28,719 bases of DNA from an uncultured Arcobacteraceae bacterium (GCA_964022095.1 CAXHZO010000024.1:1-28719); one strand, 5' to 3'; positions 17,969 through 27,577 are shown, counted from the stretch's first letter. Program-made: numbers and translations. Notes: generated by a model not told the origin, from the sequence alone.

Positions 17969-18577
17969 TTCTACAGAAAGCATTAATTTATCATAAGTTT
18001 CTAAAGAAGAGATAGTTATCTTTTTATCTTCGTTATTTAATATATAGTTACAATCACCACAAAGTATAATGATATTTTCAAAATTATATCCACCACCGTT
18101 TTGTATACTTTTTGCAAATTGTGAGTAGCTATTATTTAGTAAGATTTTATTTCCACATCTATTGCATTTTCTATCATCTCTAATCCAAGCTAACTCTTTT
18201 CTTTGTTTCCAGTCACTTGGTAATTTTGCATTTGATTTTGATTTCTCTTCATATCCAACCCAAAGTTTGTTTTTAGGGATAGACGCTTGGGTTGTTTTTT
18301 TATAATCATAATCAATAAACTGATTTACAATATTCTCAACTATTAGTGTTTCTCTTACTCTAATATCCTTTTCATTTTCAGTTTTATCAATTATTGAAAA
18401 TTGAAATTTGATTTTTGGATGATATGTCGTAAGGTAATTTCTTAAATCTTTAATAAAAAGGTTCAAAGTGTTATTTGATTTATTTAAATTTAGTATTTTT
18501 TTTCTGTAGATGTAAAGTGGAATTAAGCATGCAATTAATATCGAAGCATATATTATAAACTCTACATCTAATCTCAT
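17963..18577 (-). CDS. Membrane-anchored HNH-fold (Zn-ribbon) protein, catalytic His apparently absent
   Basis: N-terminal TM; W..RKELAWIRDDRKCNRCG ... GGGYNFENIIILCGDCN. Confidence 0.7.
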   Translation of the reverse strand: MRLDVEFIIYASILIACLIPLYIYRKKILNLNKSNNTLNLFIKDLRNYLTTYHPKIKFQFSIIDKTENEKDIRVRETLIVENIVNQFIDYDYKKTTQASIPKNKLWVGYEEKSKSNAKLPSDWKQRKELAWIRDDRKCNRCGNKILLNNSYSQFAKSIQNGGGYNFENIIILCGDCNYILNNEDKKITISSLETYDKLMLSVES

Positions 18578-18586
18578 TATTAACCT

Positions 18587-19681
18587 CTATACTATTTCTG
18601 GATCAATTTGATGTTTAACTAATGTTCTTTTAGCTTCTTTATGTTTTCCTGTTGCAAGTTTTTGTAATTCATTTCTATGAATAACAGGTATTATAACTTC
18701 TCTACCACAACTTTTTTCTAATGATTTTCTATTATAATCAAAAATATAAAAATCTTCATCATTATCAACTAAAATGAAATCTGCATTATTATCAAATGCA
18801 TCTAATAATATTGTACAAGCTACTTTATAAGTAATCTTTTGATTTTTATTAAAAGTATTTTTTGCTAAATCTAATTTTGTAGTTTGTAAATTTAAAATTT
18901 TTGCATTTAATTTATCTAATAAAGTTTGAGTTTTCTCACATGGTTTATTATCATAGTATGCAATATTAAAATCATTAAAATCATGTTTTACTTCATAATC
19001 TTCTTCAAACTCTCCAAAATCAATAATTAAAGTATTATTCACTCTATAGTTTTGATTTTCTATGTCCTCAACATAGCCAAGTTCTTTTTGAAGATTTTGT
19101 ATTTTTTCTTCTATTGAAGAATCAAAATTGAAGATTCTATTTTCTAAACTTGTGTGATATTGTGCACCTATTTCTGCAGTGTTTAATTGTTTTAAAATCA
19201 TATTTTTGATTTCAGGTTTCTTTTGAATTAAATCACTTGCTAAAATTAAAATTGCATCACCAATATAATCATCTTCATAATTTAATGTGTTAGATGCGTA
19301 GTAGTATTGTTTTAGTGTATGATAGTAAATTTTATCATCTTCGTTAATAAAATCTTTTAATAAATGTAACTTTTGTTCAAAATCTTTTTCATCAATTATT
19401 AAATCATTACAAGCTCTTCTAATTGAGATTGGTTCAATTGTGATATCTTTTCCAAAGTTTTTTGTTAGATCTTCAATACTTATTGAAGCTTTTGCATGAG
19501 TACCATTAATCACTAAATCAAAATCACCATCATTAATAAAATCAAAAGATTTTTCATAGTTAATAGTATTTAAAACATCTAATAAATTGTTTTCATTTTC
19601 AATTTTTAAAAAGTGTTTTGTGTAATATGGTAGATAGTCTGAGTTTTTATCGAATTTAAATAAAGAAATTTCTAGTTTCAT
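18587..19681 (-). CDS. Campylobacterota conserved protein (DUF5644-like) with SdhB/FrdB-like N-terminus and HdrB-like C-terminus lacking Fe-S cysteines
   Basis: ISLFKFD..DYLPYY, LLDVL, VING, ITIEP..DLIID; C-terminal ILLDAFDNNADFILV..IPVIH..EL..LATG; start set at ATG 19681 (SD AAGGTG). Confidence 0.65.
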   Translation of the reverse strand: MKLEISLFKFDKNSDYLPYYTKHFLKIENENNLLDVLNTINYEKSFDFINDGDFDLVINGTHAKASISIEDLTKNFGKDITIEPISIRRACNDLIIDEKDFEQKLHLLKDFINEDDKIYYHTLKQYYYASNTLNYEDDYIGDAILILASDLIQKKPEIKNMILKQLNTAEIGAQYHTSLENRIFNFDSSIEEKIQNLQKELGYVEDIENQNYRVNNTLIIDFGEFEEDYEVKHDFNDFNIAYYDNKPCEKTQTLLDKLNAKILNLQTTKLDLAKNTFNKNQKITYKVACTILLDAFDNNADFILVDNDEDFYIFDYNRKSLEKSCGREVIIPVIHRNELQKLATGKHKEAKRTLVKHQIDPEIV

Positions 19682-19733
19682 AAATTGTCTCACCTTTTAT
19701 TGTTAATGGTAAGATTTTATTTAATTAATGCTT

Positions 19734-19772
19734 AAAAAAATGATAAGCATTAGTTATTTGGGCTTATCATTT
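19734..19772 (-). terminator. Intrinsic terminator downstream of murA
   Basis: Inverted repeat AAATGATAAGC (19738-19748) / GCTTATCATTT (19762-19772) followed by a U-run on the minus strand. Confidence 0.7.
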
Positions 19773-19782
19773 CAAAAGTGTC

Positions 19783-21048
19783 CTATTCTGTAAACCTTTT
19801 TACATCTGCACCAATAGAAGATAGCTTTCCTTCAAGGTTTTCATAACCTCTATCTAAGTGATAAATTCTATGAATATCAGTTTCACCTTTTGCTACAAGT
19901 GCAGCTAAAACAAGTGCAGAAGAGGCTCTTAAATCTGTAGCCATTACATCAGTTCCATTTAGTGTTCCACTTTGACCATTTATTGTTGCAATATTACCAT
20001 TTAAGTGAATATCTGCACCAAGTCTTAATAATTCACTAACGTGCATAAATCTATTTTCAAATAGCCTTTCATCAATTGTACTTGTACCATTTGCTTGTGT
20101 TGCAAGTGCCATAAATTGTGCTTGCATATCTGTTGGGAAACCTGGATACTCAGTTGTAATAATATTTACAGGTTTTATTTCATTTGTAGGCATTATTGTA
20201 ACGCTATTTTCATCTTGAATAATCTCAAAATTCATCTCTTCTAGTTTTGAGATAACTGCTTCAAGATGTAATGGAATAACTTTATTTATTTTTAACATTT
20301 TATTCGTAATTGCAGCAGCACACATATAAGTTCCTGCTTCAATTCTATCAGGAATTACGCTAAATGGTTTTATGTCTAATAATTGTTTATTTGTACCTTC
20401 AATTATAATTTTAGAAGTACCAATCCCTTCAATTTTAACTCCAGCATCTTTGATAACTTCACAAAGTTGAACAATTTCAGGCTCTTTTGCTGCATTAATA
20501 ATTGTAGTAGTTCCTTCTGCTAAAGCTGCTGCCATAACTGTATTTTCAGTTCCACCAACAGTTACTTTATCAAATACAACTTTTGCACCTTTTAAACCAT
20601 CAGGGGCTGTTGCTTTAATATATCCATGTTGTATCTCAATAATTGCACCCATTTGCTCTAATGCTTTTAAGTGTAAATCAACTGGTCTTTGTCCAATGGC
20701 ACAACCACCTGGAAGTGAAACTTCGCAATGACCAAATCTAGCTAGAATTGGACCTAAAACTAAAATTGAAGCTCTCATTGTTTTTACAATATCATAAGTT
20801 GCAGTTGTGTTATTCATACTTGAAGTATCAATTTTTACGCAGTGTGACTCTTTTGAATATGTTCCACCAAGTTTATCAATAAGCTTTAAAAAAGTATTGA
20901 TATCAACAACATTTGGTAAGTTCTCAATAGTTATTTCACCTTTTCCTAAAATAGTACATGCTATTAATGGCAAAGCAGCATTTTTAGCTCCAGAAACTTC
21001 TACTGTTCCAGATATCTCTTTTTGCCCAACAATCTTTAAATATTCCAT
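19783..21048 (-). CDS. murA: UDP-N-acetylglucosamine 1-carboxyvinyltransferase
   Basis: [34 protein letters not shown] (catalytic Cys), [31 protein letters not shown]. Confidence 0.97.
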   Translation of the reverse strand: MEYLKIVGQKEISGTVEVSGAKNAALPLIACTILGKGEITIENLPNVVDINTFLKLIDKLGGTYSKESHCVKIDTSSMNNTTATYDIVKTMRASILVLGPILARFGHCEVSLPGGCAIGQRPVDLHLKALEQMGAIIEIQHGYIKATAPDGLKGAKVVFDKVTVGGTENTVMAAALAEGTTTIINAAKEPEIVQLCEVIKDAGVKIEGIGTSKIIIEGTNKQLLDIKPFSVIPDRIEAGTYMCAAAITNKMLKINKVIPLHLEAVISKLEEMNFEIIQDENSVTIMPTNEIKPVNIITTEYPGFPTDMQAQFMALATQANGTSTIDERLFENRFMHVSELLRLGADIHLNGNIATINGQSGTLNGTDVMATDLRASSALVLAALVAKGETDIHRIYHLDRGYENLEGKLSSIGADVKRFTE

Positions 21049-21080
21049 TTTTCCCCTAACTAGCTTAATAAATAGCGAGT

Positions 21081-21148
21081 ATTTTATCTAAACTTAGCTT
21101 TAAATTTTTAAATTAATAATCTTTTTTTAATACTACAGACAATACAAT
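21081..21148. promoter_or_regulatory. Divergent sigma70 -10 elements for murA (TAAAAT, minus, 21081-21086) and the DMT operon (TACAAT, plus, 21143-21148)
   Basis: Hexamers seen in the 122-bp intergenic region at plausible distances from SD/start codons. Confidence 0.45.
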
Positions 21149-21170
21149 TCGCTTTTAATATAGGATAGTT

Positions 21171-22055
21171 ATGGACAATCAAGTAAATTTAGGTATTAAG
21201 TATATGTTATTTGCCTCTTTAATGTTTGCAGTTATGGGAGCTGCTGCTAAAGAGTTAAGTGCTTCTATGAGTTCTGTTGAAGTGGTTTTTTTTAGAAATC
21301 TTTTTGGTGTATTATTTATTTCAATATCAATCTTTAAATCACCACTAGTACAAGAAGGCGGAAAGTTTTGGCTTTTAATTTTTAGGGGAACTGCTGGCTT
21401 TATTGCTTTATTGTTTTTCTTTTATAATATCTCAGTGATTTCATTAGGTGAAGCTATGACTTTTTCTAAAACATCTACAATCTTTACTGCAATATTTGCT
21501 TATATATTTTTGAAAGAGAAACTTGGGTTTAAAGGTTGGATTGGAGTTTTTATTGGTTTTATTGGAATTTTATTTATAACTAAATTTGATGGAAGTAATC
21601 TAGATAAAACGGACTGGCTTGGTATTTTATGTGGAGTTGGTGCGGCACTAGCTTATACTTCTGTTAGAGAGTTGAGAAAATATTATGATACAAGAGCCAT
21701 TGTTTTGTCTTTTATGGCAATAGGAACAGTTGGTCCTTTTATTTTATTAATAATTGGGAATTTTTACACAAATCCAAATTTAGATTTTTTATTAGGACAG
21801 TTTGTCGTTCCAAAAGGAAAAGACTGGTTATTTATAGTATTATTGGGTATTTTCGCTACATTGGCTCAATTATATATGACAAAGTCTTATGCCTGTGCAA
21901 AAGCTGGTATTGTAGGAACTATATCTTATTCTAATATTGCTTTTTCTATTATTTTAGGACTATTCTTAGGTGATGCATTTCCGGATTTCCTTATTATTTT
22001 AGGTATACTTTTAATAGTTGTAAGTGGATTTTTAGTATCCACTCGAAAGGATTGA
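21171..22055 (+). CDS. DMT (EamA-like) family transporter
   Basis: About ten TM segments in two repeats; EVVFFRN, FLKEKLG, AQLYMTKSY..AKAGIVG..SYS. Confidence 0.88.
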   Translation: MDNQVNLGIKYMLFASLMFAVMGAAAKELSASMSSVEVVFFRNLFGVLFISISIFKSPLVQEGGKFWLLIFRGTAGFIALLFFFYNISVISLGEAMTFSKTSTIFTAIFAYIFLKEKLGFKGWIGVFIGFIGILFITKFDGSNLDKTDWLGILCGVGAALAYTSVRELRKYYDTRAIVLSFMAIGTVGPFILLIIGNFYTNPNLDFLLGQFVVPKGKDWLFIVLLGIFATLAQLYMTKSYACAKAGIVGTISYSNIAFSIILGLFLGDAFPDFLIILGILLIVVSGFLVSTRKD

Positions 22056-22057
22056 TT

Positions 22058-23806
22058 ATGGAGTTTTTAGAGAGTTTTACATTTTGGGAAGAGTTTTGGA
22101 TTATTTTTTTTATAATTATATTTGCCTGGTATGTTCATGATAAATATGTACAAAGAGAACATCAATTATTAGTTAATTATCCAATTATTGGAAGATTAAG
22201 ATATTTACTTGAAGAGGTAAGAGAACCTTTTAGACAATATTTTGGGGATGAAAAATTTTATGAATCAAAAGATAAATTAGATTGGGTTCATAAAGCAAGT
22301 AGAGATAAACCAAATTATGCTTCTTTTTCTCCCTCTCAACCTTTACCTAAACCAAAGTTCATGATTCGTCATGCAAATATAGTACTTAACGAAGAAGAAG
22401 TTGATACAGACTTTAGCGTTACTTTTGGTGAGAGAAGAGAAAAACCTTATGTTGCTAAATCTATAATTTCAAGAAGTGCAATGAGTGATGGTTCTATTTC
22501 TCCTGAAGGAACTAGAGCCTTTGTAAGAGGTGCACAAATGGGTGAATTCCCAATAAACTCAGGTGAGGGTGGAGTAACTTCAAACTTCTTCGTTACACAT
22601 CAGCATTATGACCCTAAGTATATGACACTTGTGGAAGGTAGTGCTTTTCAGAAAAAAGTAAAAGATGTAGTTAAATTCTTTTTTAATGGCGCAACAGCAG
22701 CTGACGTTTATAGAAAGCTTGTCTTTGGGAAAGATGAGGAGGCTGAAACTTATATTCTTGATGTAGAAAAAAAGATTTTTTATAGACCTGATTGGAACTT
22801 GCCATTAGCTATGTTTCCTGAAGAAATACCAGCAGATATGCCTGATATAATTTTTCAGATAAGTTCAGGACTTTATGGGGCTAGAGATTTAGATGGTAAT
22901 TTTGATCCTTTAAGATACCAAAAAGTTATGAAGTTTTGTAAAATGACTGAAATTAAAATTGCTCAAGGTGCAAAACAAACAGGTGGTAAACTAGCAGCTC
23001 ATAAAGTAACTCCAGCTATTGCATATTATAGAAATGTAAAAGCTTATGAAAATGTATTTTCACCAAATAGATTCCCATATGCAAATAGTATTGAAGAGTT
23101 ATTTGATTTTATTGGAAAATTACAAAAATTATCTCATAAGCCAGTTGGTATAAAAATTGTAATTTCAGATATTGAAAATATTGAACCATATGCAAAAGAG
23201 ATTAAAAAAAGAATTGATGAAGGAAACGAAGCATACCCAGACTTTATATCAATTGATGCTGGAAGTGGAGGTAGTGCCACTGCACCAATTGAAATGATGG
23301 AAAGAGTTGGTTTAAATTTAAGAGATTCTGTTTATTTAGTTGATAAAATTTTGACTCAATATAATGTGCGAGATAAAGTTAGATTAGTTGCCAGTGGGAA
23401 AATTTTAACTCCAGATGATATAATTATAATTATGTCTTTAGGAGCAGACTTCTTACAAATAGCAAGAGGATTTATGATGAGTGCTGGATGTATTAGGGCA
23501 AGATATTGTTCTGGAACAGAAGGAAAAGAGTGTCCAGTAGGGCTTGCAACTCAAGATAAATCAAAAAGAAGAAAATACTTTGTGTTTAAACAAGCTAAAA
23601 AAGTTGCTGCGTATCACAAAAATCTTCTTAAAGGTGTAAGGGGAATGTTGGCTATAATGGGACTTAAAAATATAAGCCAATTAAATAAACATAGATTAAT
23701 GTTTATAGATAAAGATTCTAAGGTGCATGACAATATTGATCATGTATTTAAAAGAAGACTTGATATTGGTAAAGACTTGGAGGATGAATACCATGAATCT
23801 AGATAA
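22058..23806 (+). CDS. Membrane-anchored FMN-binding glutamate synthase family protein (stand-alone FMN/3Fe-4S domain)
   Basis: N-terminal TM, NYPIIGRLRY, SAMSDGSIS, GEGG, EIKIAQGAK, KPVGIK, ASGK, ARGFM..GCI...C..CPVGLATQD; ATG 22058 follows SD AAGGA. Confidence 0.85.
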   Translation: MEFLESFTFWEEFWIIFFIIIFAWYVHDKYVQREHQLLVNYPIIGRLRYLLEEVREPFRQYFGDEKFYESKDKLDWVHKASRDKPNYASFSPSQPLPKPKFMIRHANIVLNEEEVDTDFSVTFGERREKPYVAKSIISRSAMSDGSISPEGTRAFVRGAQMGEFPINSGEGGVTSNFFVTHQHYDPKYMTLVEGSAFQKKVKDVVKFFFNGATAADVYRKLVFGKDEEAETYILDVEKKIFYRPDWNLPLAMFPEEIPADMPDIIFQISSGLYGARDLDGNFDPLRYQKVMKFCKMTEIKIAQGAKQTGGKLAAHKVTPAIAYYRNVKAYENVFSPNRFPYANSIEELFDFIGKLQKLSHKPVGIKIVISDIENIEPYAKEIKKRIDEGNEAYPDFISIDAGSGGSATAPIEMMERVGLNLRDSVYLVDKILTQYNVRDKVRLVASGKILTPDDIIIIMSLGADFLQIARGFMMSAGCIRARYCSGTEGKECPVGLATQDKSKRRKYFVFKQAKKVAAYHKNLLKGVRGMLAIMGLKNISQLNKHRLMFIDKDSKVHDNIDHVFKRRLDIGKDLEDEYHESR

Positions 23807-24170
23807 AGTGATTTCAGGATTTTTTATAATTCTAGCTATGACTTTAAATTTCGGATTTTTTTACGGAGATATGGACTCTTTAGAAAATCATAGTAAGTAC
23901 GAACTTTTTGCTGCAATTATAATTAATGTTATTGCGACAACTTTAAAACTTGGTGATAAAACACAGTTAGGTTCAGTTTTATTAGCTACATCTTTAGTTG
24001 CAGATATACAACTAATCGCTGCAGCTACAGTTTGGGCAGTAGCTGCTTATGCATTTACAATAAATCCTGAAGTTGTTGGTATTATAATATCTTTATCTGG
24101 AGGAGCATTACTTGCAAATCTAACATCAGTTGCACTGTATGTTGGAGATACTTTAAAATCAAAGAGATAA
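23793..24170 (+). CDS. Small 4-TM membrane protein (DUF6394-like)
   Basis: KVISGFFIILAMTLNFGFFYG, LKLGDKTQLGSVLLATSLVADIQL, SLSGGALLAN; SD GGAGG 9 nt before ATG 23793. Confidence 0.7.
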   Translation: MNLDKVISGFFIILAMTLNFGFFYGDMDSLENHSKYELFAAIIINVIATTLKLGDKTQLGSVLLATSLVADIQLIAAATVWAVAAYAFTINPEVVGIIISLSGGALLANLTSVALYVGDTLKSKR

Positions 24171-24173
24171 GTT

Positions 24174-25862
24174 TTGAAAAATAGCTCACTGTTTATTATA
24201 TTACAAAAAATGCGGACGCCATTTTTAGTAATTATCATAACATATACTATTGCTATAATTGGATTACTTTTAATTGACGGAGTCGATGACCAAGGTAATC
24301 CATACTCTATGAGTATTTTTGATGCATTTTACTTTGTGACTTATACTGCAACTACAATTGGTTTTGGTGAATCTCCTTTTGAATTTACATATTCACAGAA
24401 AATTTGGGTAACTTTTTCTATATACTTTACAGTTCTTGGTTGGTTTTATGGAATAGGTTCTTTAGTTAGTTTATTACAAGACAAACTATTTATACAAGAG
24501 TTAGAAAAAGCAAAATTTTTAAGACAAATAAAAAGATTAAATGACAGATTTATTGTAATCCTTGGATACAATGATATCACTAAAAAAATCATTAAAAAAG
24601 CTATTGAACAGGGTGTACGAACTGTAGTTATTGAAAAAGATAAGTCAAAAATAAATGATCTTATTTTAGAAAACTTTACACCTACTGTTCCAGTTTTATA
24701 TAGTGAAATTTTATCTTTGAAAGTTTTAGAATCAGCTGGAGTTAAAAAACGTAATTGTAAAGCAATAGTATCACTATTTGAAGATGATGCTTTAAATTTA
24801 AAAATTACATTAATCGCTAAATCTTTAAATAAGTATATCAAAGTTGCTGTAAAGTCAACTACTTCTAATCATACAGAAAACTTAAAAGATTTAAATGCCG
24901 AAATTGTGGTTAATCCATTTTCTATTATCTCTTCTGAAATAAACATGGCGCTGGTTGCTCCAAATTTATTTAAGCTTGAAAAATGGCTATACAAAGTTGA
25001 TACTTTAACTGCAAGTTTACCATCTTTTCCTATTGGAACATATATTATTTGTGGATATGGAAGAATGGGAAGAAAGATATTTGAAAAATTAATTGAAAAC
25101 AATATTGAAGCTAGATTAATTGATATAAATGCAGATAAAGAGATAAGACTTAGTAAAGATGAAATGTCACAAATAATTTTTGGTGATGCTGATGATAAAG
25201 ATTTATTAGTTGAAGTTGGTGTTGAAGAGGCTAGTGCTATTATTGCTGCAACAGATGATGATACAACAAACTTATCTATTTTAGCAACAGCTAAAAAATT
25301 AAATCCTGATATTATTACAATTGTCAGAGAAAATGAATTAGAAGATGATTTTATATTTAAACAAGCAAATATCAGTCATATATTTACACCTTCTAAGATT
25401 TTAGTAAATAAAATTACAAATGCACTAATAAACCCATTATCTGATAAATTCATTAGAATGATGATAAAAAAAGATGATCTTTGGGCTGGAAAACTTGTAA
25501 CTAGATTAATAAAAGAAATAGATGAAAATCCAATATTATTAGAGTTTAAAATTAATGAAAAGTTTACACCTGAAGTTTACAAATATTTAGCTCAAGGTAA
25601 TAGTTTAGGTTTAGATATTCTTGCAACTTCTTTACATAATAGTGAACAAAGAAATAATGTGGTTCCTTTACTACTTCAACGAGAAGATGATATAATACTG
25701 CTTCCTCCTTGGGAGAACAATATTAAAATTGGTGATAAATTACTATTTGCATGTGATGAACATGCTAAAGATGATATGGAATATATTTGTCAAAACTCTT
25801 ATGAGTTTTATTATGCATTGCATGGCAAAGAAAAACTAACAATTTTTAAAGGAAAAGAATGA
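24174..25862 (+). CDS. Potassium channel (2TM pore) with two RCK/TrkA-N domains
   Basis: DAFYFVTYTATTIGFGE pore helix/filter; RCK1 IVILGYNDIT; RCK2 IICGYGRMG, GDAD, AATDDDTTNL. Confidence 0.88.
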   Translation: MKNSSLFIILQKMRTPFLVIIITYTIAIIGLLLIDGVDDQGNPYSMSIFDAFYFVTYTATTIGFGESPFEFTYSQKIWVTFSIYFTVLGWFYGIGSLVSLLQDKLFIQELEKAKFLRQIKRLNDRFIVILGYNDITKKIIKKAIEQGVRTVVIEKDKSKINDLILENFTPTVPVLYSEILSLKVLESAGVKKRNCKAIVSLFEDDALNLKITLIAKSLNKYIKVAVKSTTSNHTENLKDLNAEIVVNPFSIISSEINMALVAPNLFKLEKWLYKVDTLTASLPSFPIGTYIICGYGRMGRKIFEKLIENNIEARLIDINADKEIRLSKDEMSQIIFGDADDKDLLVEVGVEEASAIIAATDDDTTNLSILATAKKLNPDIITIVRENELEDDFIFKQANISHIFTPSKILVNKITNALINPLSDKFIRMMIKKDDLWAGKLVTRLIKEIDENPILLEFKINEKFTPEVYKYLAQGNSLGLDILATSLHNSEQRNNVVPLLLQREDDIILLPPWENNIKIGDKLLFACDEHAKDDMEYICQNSYEFYYALHGKEKLTIFKGKE

Positions 25863-26659
25863 AAATATTAACAGGACCATGCGTTTTAGAAGATAGAGAT
25901 ACAGTAATGAGAATTGCTGAGAAACTAAAACCATTAAGTGAAGATAAAAGAGTTGAGTTTTATTTTAAAGCAAGTTTTGATAAAGCAAATAGAACAAGCT
26001 TAGACTCTTTTAGAGGGCCTGGATTAGATGAAGGTCTAAAATTATTTCAAGAGATAAAAGAGCAGTTTGGATATAAATTAGTAACAGATATACATGAATC
26101 ATATCAAGCTGCCCCTGCAGGAGAAGTATTAGATATATTACAAATACCAGCATTTTTATGTAGACAAACAGATTTACTAGTAGCTGCTGCAAAAACTGAT
26201 TGTAAAATAAATATTAAAAAAGGACAGTTTTTAGCAAGTGGAAGTATGAAACATCCAGTTGAAAAAGTATTAAAAACTAGAGGTTGTAATGAGGTAAACT
26301 ATGAAAACTCAGATAAAAATGGTGTATGGCTTTGTGAAAGAGGAAATACATTTGGATATGGAGCATTAGTAGTTGATATGAAAAACTTAATAGCAATGAG
26401 AGAGTATGCACCAGTAATATTTGATGCTACACACTCAGCACAAGTACCAAGTACAGGTGGAACAACTGGCGGAAATAGTGCAGTAGTGCCAAGTTTAGCT
26501 AAAGCAGCAGCGGCTGTTGGAGTTGATGGGTTCTTCTTTGAGACACATACAGATCCTAGTGTTGCATTAAGTGATGGACCAAATATGGTTCAAGTTGATG
26601 AGCTATACAAAGTTATAGATGATATCTTTGCAATTCAAGAGGTATTAGGTTTTAACTAA
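25859..26659 (+). CDS. kdsA: 3-deoxy-8-phosphooctulonate (KDO8P) synthase
   Basis: GPCVLE, FKASFDKANRTS, QIPAFLCRQTDL, KKGQF, ERGNTFGY, FDATHS, LSDGPN. Confidence 0.96.
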   Translation: MKILTGPCVLEDRDTVMRIAEKLKPLSEDKRVEFYFKASFDKANRTSLDSFRGPGLDEGLKLFQEIKEQFGYKLVTDIHESYQAAPAGEVLDILQIPAFLCRQTDLLVAAAKTDCKINIKKGQFLASGSMKHPVEKVLKTRGCNEVNYENSDKNGVWLCERGNTFGYGALVVDMKNLIAMREYAPVIFDATHSAQVPSTGGTTGGNSAVVPSLAKAAAAVGVDGFFFETHTDPSVALSDGPNMVQVDELYKVIDDIFAIQEVLGFN

Positions 26660-26673
26660 GTTTTGGATATAAT
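26657..26673 (+). promoter_or_regulatory. Sigma70 promoter for ribH-nusB-pyrF
   Basis: TAAGTTTTGGA-TATAAT (TATAAT 26668-26673), typical Campylobacterota context; SD GGAG at 26695-26698. Confidence 0.6.
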
Positions 26674-26705
26674 CGCAAAATATTAAGAAAATTCGGAGAA
26701 ATTTT

Positions 26706-27176
26706 ATGAAAATTATTGAAGGTAAATTAAGTTTAAAAGGTGACGAAAAAGTTGCTATTATCAATGGAAGATTTAACCATATCATAACTGATAGATTAGT
26801 AGAAGGTGCAAAAGATGCATTCCTTAGACATGGTGGAAATGAAGAAAATTTAGATTTATTATTAGTTCCTGGTGCATTTGAAATTCCTTTTGCATTAGAA
26901 AAAGCATTAGCTTCTGGAAAGTATGATGCTGTTTGTTGTGTTGGTGCAGTAATTCGTGGAGCTACTCCTCATTTTGATTACATATCAGCAGAAGCTACAA
27001 AAGGTATTGCAACAGTTGCATTAAACTATGGTAAGCCTGTATCAAATGGTGTTTTAACAACTGATACAATTGAGCAAGCAATTGAAAGAGCTGGTTCAAA
27101 AGTAGGTAACAAAGGTGCTGAAGCTATGGTAACAATCATCGAAATGCTAGACTTATATAAAGCGATGGAGAAATAA
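26706..27176 (+). CDS. ribH: 6,7-dimethyl-8-ribityllumazine synthase
   Basis: [52 protein letters not shown]. Confidence 0.97.
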   Translation: MKIIEGKLSLKGDEKVAIINGRFNHIITDRLVEGAKDAFLRHGGNEENLDLLLVPGAFEIPFALEKALASGKYDAVCCVGAVIRGATPHFDYISAEATKGIATVALNYGKPVSNGVLTTDTIEQAIERAGSKVGNKGAEAMVTIIEMLDLYKAMEK

Positions 27177-27177
27177 T

Positions 27178-27576
27178 TTGGCAACTAGAACACAAGCTAG
27201 AGAATCTGTAATTGGTTTATTGTATGCGTATGATTTAGGTAATGAAAATATTGCTAAGTTTGTTGATGAAATTTTAGAAGATAAAAAAATCAGAAACAAA
27301 CAAAAAGATTTTGCATTAGGTCTTTTTAATGGAGTTGTACAAAACATTGAAGTAATTGATGTAGAATTAATTAGCCATTTAAATCAAGGTAAAATTACAG
27401 ATATTGGTTCTGTTGAAAAATCTATTTTAAGATTAGCTATTTATGAAATTTTACATACAGATTTAGCAAAAGCAATTATTATTAATGAAGCTATTGAATT
27501 ATCTAAAAGACTTGCAAGTGATGGTGCACCTAAATTTGTAAATGGTGTTTTAGATAAAGTAAATAAGGCATCATAA
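27178..27576 (+). CDS. nusB: Transcription antitermination factor NusB
   Basis: RTQARE..LLY, ILRLAIYEI, IIINEAIELSK, KFVNGVLD; follows ribH; TTG start. Confidence 0.95.
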   Translation: MATRTQARESVIGLLYAYDLGNENIAKFVDEILEDKKIRNKQKDFALGLFNGVVQNIEVIDVELISHLNQGKITDIGSVEKSILRLAIYEILHTDLAKAIIINEAIELSKRLASDGAPKFVNGVLDKVNKAS

Positions 27577-27577
27577 T

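Noticed and set aside
17963..18577. HNH gene as a homing endonuclease, Cas9/IscB or restriction system
   Set aside because: No RuvC motifs, CRISPR repeats, methylase, intron or terminal repeats; it has a TM anchor and lacks the catalytic His.
23727..23792. N-terminal extension of the 4TM protein given by the ORF track
   Set aside because: Would overlap the upstream gene by 80 bp; a strong SD (GGAGG) supports ATG 23793.
26660..26705. FMN riboswitch upstream of ribH
   Set aside because: The leader is only about 25 nt after the -10 box, far too short, with no RFN consensus.
20807..27347. Antisense ORFs 20807-21091, 24047-24238, 24446-24841, 24869-25102, 26010-26192, 27153-27347
   Set aside because: They overlap conserved genes on the other strand; typical shadow ORFs.
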